From Thalassobaculaceae bacterium (lineage in GTDB: Bacteria > Pseudomonadota > Alphaproteobacteria > Thalassobaculales > Thalassobaculaceae), in contig OZ245843.1 of assembly GCA_965228875.1 (NCBI GenBank), positions 1,222,616-1,286,615 on the forward strand: DNA of 64,000 nt. The letters are read 5' to 3'. This document shows positions 58,696 through 64,000 of the stretch, piece by piece. The notes beneath the pieces were generated by a model. That model did not search any database. It worked only from the letters and a program-made list of their open reading frames with translations, and was not told where the DNA came from. Numbering within the stretch: the stretch's first letter is position 1; each line of letters starts with the position of its first letter. The position numbers and the translations under genes are program-made.

Positions 58696-59321
58696 ACCAG
58701 GACCTCTCGATCGTGAACCGGGCCGCGCGCGACGGGGCCGTCGAACAGGAGTTCGGCGCCGTCATAGCCGAACTTCGGGATGTGAATGCCCTTGGCGTGG
58801 GTCTCCTCGGTCAGCAGCCCGACCTGCCAGTCCTCCTGCCAGGTTCGGAGCGTCATCAGCCGGATCATCCACATCAGCCGGGTGGCGAGGCCGAGACCCT
58901 GGGCGGCGGCGTCGATGATCATTCCACCCTGAAGGCTGATCCGCCCGGAAATGCGGTGCGCGGTGAGGGAGGTGACCTCGATCGGTTCGATGTCGTCGAG
59001 CGACGGGGCGTCATGGGCCCAGATGGCGCGGTCGTCCAGCAGATCGATCAGGCGCCCCTCGTACAGACGAGCAGCGATGACGGCGAAGGTGGTGCCGCAA
59101 GCGGACACCCGGATCCACGCGAACTCCCGCGGGCTCATCAGCGCGCCGGCGGCCGGATCGAGGGCAGGGTGGACGTAGCCCGGAAAGCTGGCGCGCTCGG
59201 CGGCGAACCCGGCCGGGTCGTTACCGGCGGCCACCTCCAGTCCGAGCGCCTCCACCGCACGCTTGTGAGCCTGCAGGCGGGCATTCAGACTGCGGCGCTG
59301 ATCGGGTGTGATCGGGATCAT
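58608..59321 (-). CDS. Hypothetical protein, GNAT-fold-like; paralogue of 18398-19108
   Basis: ISGRISLQGGMIIDAAAQGLGLATRL contains the GNAT motif A QxxGxA; FGY near the C-terminus. Confidence 0.65.
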   Translation of the reverse strand: MIPITPDQRRSLNARLQAHKRAVEALGLEVAAGNDPAGFAAERASFPGYVHPALDPAAGALMSPREFAWIRVSACGTTFAVIAARLYEGRLIDLLDDRAIWAHDAPSLDDIEPIEVTSLTAHRISGRISLQGGMIIDAAAQGLGLATRLMWMIRLMTLRTWQEDWQVGLLTEETHAKGIHIPKFGYDGAELLFDGPVARGPVHDREVLVYAEGARALSALSPPTVSPERRMSMADTR

Positions 59322-59512
59322 CAGGAACCCTACATCTAGGGGCTGAAATAGTATCGCGTACAATATATATGAATTGCAAGATGACGATCGCACCGCAAGC
59401 GAGACGTGCGCCATCGCAGACGTAATCCGTTGAATTAGTGCTGTAACTTTGACCCCACCATGCCTCGCACCCGTATGTGACAAGAACGCGGATATGCCGG
59501 CCGGATGTCCAA

Positions 59513-60187
59513 TCAGGCCAGGCCGGTCGTCGCCTCCCAGCACCGCCGCAGGGTATCGCTCGTATCGTTGAACCGTTCGCCGGTCGGTACGCACTCCCGG
59601 ATCCGGTCGACCCGGAAGTGACGGAAATCCTCGCGCAGATCGCACCAGGCGGCCAGAACGAGCGAATTGACATAATAGGTCAGCGCGACCGGCTTGACCC
59701 TGCGTTTCGTGCGGCTGGCCTTCTTGTCGTCATAGACGATTTCCAAGGCCATGGACTCGCGGATGAACTGCCGCAGCGTGCCGATGTCGACGATCGTTTC
59801 CGGCACCTCGCTCCAGTCGGACACATGGAGATGGGAGGGCGGGTCCGCATGCGCAGGCAGAACGTCGGCGATCTTCGCGGCGGCCCGTTCGGCGGAGCGG
59901 ATCAGATCGCGGTCGCGCGTCCTTCCAAGCATCGCCAGTCCGACCACGATCGCTTCGAGTTCATCTCCCGAGAACATCAGCGGCGGCAGATCGTAGCCCG
60001 GACGCATGACATAGCCGACGCCGGCTTCGCCGTGGATCGGAAGACGCATGGCCATGAGGGCGGCGATGTCGCGATAGACGGTCCGTCGAGTGACCTCCAG
60101 GGTCTCGGCGATCTGCTGCGCCGTCACGGGCCGCAGTGCGGCGCGCAGGATCTGGATGATCTCGAACAGTCTGGTTGACCTGGACAT
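59513..60187 (-). CDS. YafY/WYL-domain transcriptional regulator
   Basis: MSRSTRLFEIIQILR, RTVYRDI, GEAGVGY, LPPLMF, AWCDLREDFRHFRVDRI. Confidence 0.92.
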   Translation of the reverse strand: MSRSTRLFEIIQILRAALRPVTAQQIAETLEVTRRTVYRDIAALMAMRLPIHGEAGVGYVMRPGYDLPPLMFSGDELEAIVVGLAMLGRTRDRDLIRSAERAAAKIADVLPAHADPPSHLHVSDWSEVPETIVDIGTLRQFIRESMALEIVYDDKKASRTKRRVKPVALTYYVNSLVLAAWCDLREDFRHFRVDRIRECVPTGERFNDTSDTLRRCWEATTGLA

Positions 60188-60208
60188 AGGACATCGTACC
60201 ACGCGGGC

Positions 60209-60230
60209 TGCTGACGATCCGGTGTCAGCA
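60209..60230. promoter_or_regulatory. Inverted repeat, candidate WYL regulator operator
   Basis: TGCTGAC-N8-GTCAGCA between the divergent WYL gene and small ORF. Confidence 0.65.
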
Positions 60231-60311
60231 ACCCCGTGATAGCACCGGTCCCGTTCGCAACGCCGTAGCACCGGCAGTTCCGCCGGGCCGGCCACCCAAA
60301 GAATGGAGGAC

Positions 60312-60500
60312 ATGACCGTGATCAAATACATCTACCCCGATGGCACTCACTGTTACTGCGCACTGCACACCACGCAGGCCGTGTATCGTTCGGAAGACGG
60401 CAAACTGATCGCCCGGGCGATCAGAGCCGGCAGCGCCGATCCGTACGAGTTCGAGATCGTCGGCTTCGAACTGCTGGAGGCAGGGATACGCTATTCCTGA
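60312..60500 (+). CDS. Small hypothetical protein (62 aa), likely target of the WYL regulator
   Basis: RBS GGAGGA before ATG 60312; MTVIKYIYPDGTHCYCALH... Confidence 0.7.
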   Translation: MTVIKYIYPDGTHCYCALHTTQAVYRSEDGKLIARAIRAGSADPYEFEIVGFELLEAGIRYS

Positions 60501-60546
60501 CGAGGGACTCGAAACTCTCCAAACTACTAAAATCACGCCGTCCACT

Positions 60547-60574
60547 ATTTCCCATAATATACATTATGCGCGAT
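60547..60574 (-). other. dif: dif site (XerC/XerD chromosome dimer resolution)
   Basis: ATCGCGCATAA-TGTATA-TTATGGGAAAT matches E. coli dif (GGTGCGCATAA-TGTATA-TTATGTTAAAT) at 23/28; intergenic; KOPS polarity flips across it. Confidence 0.88.
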
Positions 60575-60782
60575 TATATAGTGGCGTAGAGGCCCACAGG
60601 CGGTGCTCAATCAAATCTAGCGAGTTCCGAGAACGCGGGTCCCTTCTCGCATGTCGGCTCGCATGTTGGCGATCCTCGGGCGGTGGTGGCACCGCCGTCC
60701 GGGATCAATTCGCAGAACCGTCTTGCAAGAAGCCGAAACCCCGCTTCCCTGGCCGTCGCTCGGTCGCTAGTCTCCGGCCGTC

Positions 60783-61661
60783 ATGACCGATGCCGCCACC
60801 GAAGAAGACGACGTCCCGCCGGCGCTGGCCGCGCTGCCCGACGGTCCCGCCATCGCCCGACTGATCGCGGTGATGGCCAAGCTGCGCGACCCCGACGGCG
60901 GTTGTCCGTGGGATGTGGAACAGAGTTTCGAGAGCATCGCGCCGTACACCATCGAGGAAGCCTACGAGGTCGCCGAGGCGGTCACGCTCGGCGACCGGGC
61001 GGCGCTGAAGGACGAGCTCGGCGACCTGCTGCTGCAGGTGGTCTATCACGCCCGCATGGCCGAGGAGGAAGGCACCTTCGCCTTCGAGGACGTGGCCGGG
61101 GCCATCGTCGACAAGATGATCCGCCGCCACCCCCACGTCTTCGCCGGCGCCAGCGTCGAGGATGCCGCGGCGCAGACCGCAGCCTGGGAGGAACAGAAGG
61201 CGGCCGAGCGCGCCGCCAGGGCCGAGGCGGAGGGACGTGCCGCGTCGGCTCTCGACGGCGTGTCGTCCGCCCTGCCCGCGCTCATGCGCGCCGTGAAACT
61301 GCAGAAACGGGCCGTTCGGGCCGGATTCGACTGGCCACGGACGGCGGACGTCTTTGACAAGGTCGACGAGGAACTGCATGAACTGCGGGCCGAACTCGCC
61401 GATCCCGGGCAACACGACGCGGACCGTGTCGAGGACGAGATGGGCGATCTGCTGTTCACCGTCGTCAACCTCGCCCGCCATCTGGAGGTCGATCCGGAAA
61501 CCGCGCTGCGGCGCTGCAACGCCAAGTTCGAGCGGCGGTTCCGGTTCATGGAGCGGGAACTGGCGGCGGAGGGTACGGCCGTGGGGGCCGCCGATCTCGA
61601 GGAGATGGAGCGTCACTGGCAGGCGGCCAAGAGGGCCGAGACCCCGAAAGTCCAGTCCTGA
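60783..61661 (+). CDS. mazG: Nucleoside triphosphate pyrophosphohydrolase MazG
   Basis: LRDPDGGCPWD, EEAYEV, DELGDLLLQVVYH, RRHPHVF, GFDW, EMGDLLF. Confidence 0.95.
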   Translation: MTDAATEEDDVPPALAALPDGPAIARLIAVMAKLRDPDGGCPWDVEQSFESIAPYTIEEAYEVAEAVTLGDRAALKDELGDLLLQVVYHARMAEEEGTFAFEDVAGAIVDKMIRRHPHVFAGASVEDAAAQTAAWEEQKAAERAARAEAEGRAASALDGVSSALPALMRAVKLQKRAVRAGFDWPRTADVFDKVDEELHELRAELADPGQHDADRVEDEMGDLLFTVVNLARHLEVDPETALRRCNAKFERRFRFMERELAAEGTAVGAADLEEMERHWQAAKRAETPKVQS

Positions 61662-61733
61662 TACCCCCCTACCACCCAGCCCTAATAGACTGACCCAAAA
61701 TCTTAATCAGACGCTAGAACGATGGAGGATCTC

Positions 61734-62492
61734 ATGGCGAAGACGGCATTCATCACCGGTGCGACCAGCGGTTTCGGCCGCGCGACCGCAAAGCGGTTCG
61801 ACGCCGAAGGCTGGCAGACGGTGGTCTCGGGCCGCCGTAACGAGCGGCTGGACTCGCTCAAGAGCGAGCTCACCAACCCCTGCCACAGCATCGTGCTCGA
61901 CGTGCGCGACCGCGAGGCGGTCGCCGCCGCCGTCGAGGGCCTGCCGGCCGAGTTCAAGCCGATCGACGTGCTGGTGAACAATGCCGGCCTCGCGGTCGGC
62001 CTGGAGGGCGCCGACGAGGTCTCCCTCGACGATTGGGAGCTGATGGTCGACACCAACATCAAGGGGCTGCTGTACTGCACCCGTTCGATCCTGCCGCAGA
62101 TGGTCGCCAACGGTTACGGCCACGTGGTCAACATCGGGTCGATCGCCGGCTACTGGCCCTATCCGGGCGGCAACGTCTACGGCGCCACCAAGGCCTTCGT
62201 TCGCCAGTTCTCGCTGAACCTGCGCGCCGATCTCGTCGGCAAGAACATCCATGTCACCGACGTGGAACCCGGCCTGGCCGAGACCGAGTTCTCCGAGGTT
62301 CGCTTCAAGGGCGACAAGGACAAGGCCGCGGCGGTCTATGACGATGTCGAACCGATCAAGCCGGAGGATGTGGCCGACGCGGTGTTCTGGGCGGCGACCC
62401 GGCCGCGCAACATCAACGTCAACCGCATCGAGATCATGGCCGGCGCCCAGGCGTTCTCGCCGTTCAACATCGTGCGCGGCCTGAACAAGTAG
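61734..62492 (+). CDS. NADP-dependent 3-hydroxy acid dehydrogenase (YdfG-like SDR)
   Basis: TGATSGFG, NNAGLA.G, YPGGNVYGATKAFV.QFSLNLR, ETEFS.VRFKGD. Confidence 0.88.
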   Translation: MAKTAFITGATSGFGRATAKRFDAEGWQTVVSGRRNERLDSLKSELTNPCHSIVLDVRDREAVAAAVEGLPAEFKPIDVLVNNAGLAVGLEGADEVSLDDWELMVDTNIKGLLYCTRSILPQMVANGYGHVVNIGSIAGYWPYPGGNVYGATKAFVRQFSLNLRADLVGKNIHVTDVEPGLAETEFSEVRFKGDKDKAAAVYDDVEPIKPEDVADAVFWAATRPRNINVNRIEIMAGAQAFSPFNIVRGLNK

Positions 62493-62520
62493 GCCGCCGC
62501 AGGGTCGCAGGATCGAAACC

Positions 62521-62553
62521 TCGAGATGGGGCGGCTTGTCCGCCCCGTCTCGA
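62521..62553. terminator. Hairpin between convergent genes
   Basis: TCGAGATGGGGCGG-CTTGT-CCGCCCCGTCTCGA. Confidence 0.7.
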
Positions 62554-62558
62554 CCGTC

Positions 62559-62753
62559 TCAGACTTCGTCCTGAAAGACGTCCTCAACGCCCAGTTCGAA
62601 CAACCGCGCGATCCTGAATGCAAGCGGCAAAGACGGGTCGTATTTGCCGTTCTCGATCGCGTTCACGGAATTTCTCGACACACCGAGGTGTTTGGCGAGG
62701 TCGGCCTGCGTCCAGCGCCGTTCTGCCCGCAGAACCCGGATCTTGTTTTTCAT
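62559..62753 (-). CDS. Small XRE-family transcriptional regulator
   Basis: MKNKIRVLRAERRWTQADLA..LGVSRNSVNAIENGKYDPSLPLAF. Confidence 0.9.
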   Translation of the reverse strand: MKNKIRVLRAERRWTQADLAKHLGVSRNSVNAIENGKYDPSLPLAFRIARLFELGVEDVFQDEV

Positions 62754-62777
62754 GCTGAGTTCCGACGCAAGCTCCAT

Positions 62778-63197
62778 TCACCGTCGACGTGCCCACCAGA
62801 TCCACGACCCGGCAGCGCAGAGAATGCATAGCACAATGACCATGAACGTAACGCCCAGCGCGAACCCGAAGGGAGCCGGGGTAAGGCCGCTTCCCGAGAC
62901 TGAGTGAAGCCGAGTAAGCGCGCCCTGAAGGTCCGGCGTGGCTATCATCAAATTGACGAACACCAAACAGGCCGGCACGCCGACTACACTAGCCATCGCA
63001 AGGCCATACCTGACGCTCGCCGACTGCAGTTCGTCCGGTCCACGCAAGACCGCGATGAAGATCCATCCCGCCCATGTGATGCAGAGGACCACGAAGACCA
63101 CGTTTGCGATGAACGGGGGTTCGAAGAAGAACAGCAAGACGAGGCCGAGAAGGATGACGGCGGATGCCGTAGCCTGAGACCGCGCAGAGAGCGGCAT
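62778..63197 (-). CDS. Hypothetical four-TM membrane protein
   Basis: Four hydrophobic segments; RBS GGAGG; co-oriented upstream of the XRE gene. Confidence 0.7.
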   Translation of the reverse strand: MPLSARSQATASAVILLGLVLLFFFEPPFIANVVFVVLCITWAGWIFIAVLRGPDELQSASVRYGLAMASVVGVPACLVFVNLMIATPDLQGALTRLHSVSGSGLTPAPFGFALGVTFMVIVLCILCAAGSWIWWARRR

Positions 63198-63214
63198 GAA
63201 AACCTCCCTTATCT

Positions 63215-63238
63215 AAATGACAATGAAACTTGTCATTT
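63215..63238. promoter_or_regulatory. Perfect 9-bp inverted repeat, candidate XRE operator
   Basis: AAATGACAA-TGAAAC-TTGTCATTT; TTGACA -35 on the minus strand at 63256-63251. Confidence 0.7.
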
Positions 63239-63326
63239 GAGTTGAACGAATGTCAAGCGTTCCTCCCCCTACCGCTCACCCCCGTCTTTCCTGTAAGGTG
63301 CGGCTCCCGAAACACAGGAGGCGGTC

Positions 63327-64000
63327 ATGGGATCGGCACGGGTGTTCATCGATGGCGAAGCGGGGACGACGGGTCTGCAGATCCGCGAGCGCCTGCTGGC
63401 GCGTCGTGACATCGAGCTGATCTCGCTCGGCGAGGCGGAGCGCAAGGATGCCGATGCCCGGCGCGACGCGCTGCACGCCGCCGACGTCGCGATCCTGTGT
63501 CTGCCCGATGCCGCCGCCCGCGAGGCCGCAGCACTGGCGGAAGGCTCCGGCACCAGGCTGATCGACGCCTCCACGGCGCACCGGACCGCCGAGGGCTGGG
63601 TCTTCGGGTTTCCCGAGTTCCGCAGCGGTCAGCGCGATGCGGTGATCGCCGCCGACCGGATCTCCAATCCGGGATGTTACTCCACCGGCGCGATCGCCAT
63701 CCTGGCGCCGCTGGTGGCGTCCGGTCTGGTGCCGGCCGACTTTCCGGTCACGATCAATGCGGTTTCCGGCTACACCGGCGGCGGCAAGGCGCTGATTGCG
63801 CGCTACGAGGCCGAGGGCGAGAGCGGCTACAAACCGGACGCGTTCTGGCAGTACGGGCTGAGCCTGGCGCACAAGCACGTACCGGAGATCACCCGCTGGA
63901 CCGGCCTCGCCCATCCGCCGATCTTTCAGCCCGCGGTCGCCAACTACGCCCAGGGCATGCTCGTCAGCGTGCCGCTGGCGTTGTGGGCCTTGCCGGGATC
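63327..64000 (+). CDS. argC: N-acetyl-gamma-glutamyl-phosphate reductase (partial, runs off the window end)
   Basis: Own translation: MGSARVFIDGEAGTTGLQI...ILCLPD...IDASTAHRT..GWVFGFPE...ISNPGCY...VSGYTGGGK; RBS AGGAGG. Confidence 0.93.
   Translation, partial: MGSARVFIDGEAGTTGLQIRERLLARRDIELISLGEAERKDADARRDALHAADVAILCLPDAAAREAAALAEGSGTRLIDASTAHRTAEGWVFGFPEFRSGQRDAVIAADRISNPGCYSTGAIAILAPLVASGLVPADFPVTINAVSGYTGGGKALIARYEAEGESGYKPDAFWQYGLSLAHKHVPEITRWTGLAHPPIFQPAVANYAQGMLVSVPLALWALPG

Noticed and set aside
1..64000. Prophage, integrase or intact IS element
   Set aside because: No integrase, transposase or phage structural motifs were recognised in any frame

Overview
High-GC alphaproteobacterial chromosome segment (Rhodospirillales-like by gene content; inference) that appears to span the replication terminus: a dif site lies at 60547-60574 and KOPS octamers spotted by eye switch polarity across it. 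The core backbone is metC-aapJQMP, sseA-cysK, tRNA-Asn/tRNA-Cys, pcm-tolC-popZ-valS, xth-erpA, tRNA-Ser-mltB-rlpA-dac-tmk-holB-tatD-MBL, mazG and argC. Four accessory blocks interrupt it: (i) 14.3-21.5 kb, with tandem carbamoyltransferases sharing a homogenised C-terminal half, a GNAT-like/HTH-PAS pair, an 18-bp inverted-repeat mini-element and a low-GC NDT/TIR-like gene beside the tRNA-Asn 3' end; (ii) a 13-kb GntR-controlled catabolic cluster for an unknown substrate; (iii) a dioxygenase-sulfotransferase cassette beside tRNA-Ser; (iv) a 4-kb block next to dif. The best candidate for an undescribed system is a two-gene module found twice, 40 kb apart. In each copy a ~237-aa GNAT-fold-like protein gene is convergent with, and overlaps at its 3' end (95 and 88 nt), a gene for an XRE/Cro-HTH plus PAS-like protein. 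The arrangement recalls luxI/luxR-type synthase-receptor pairs. All calls come from reading motifs by eye; no database searches were run.
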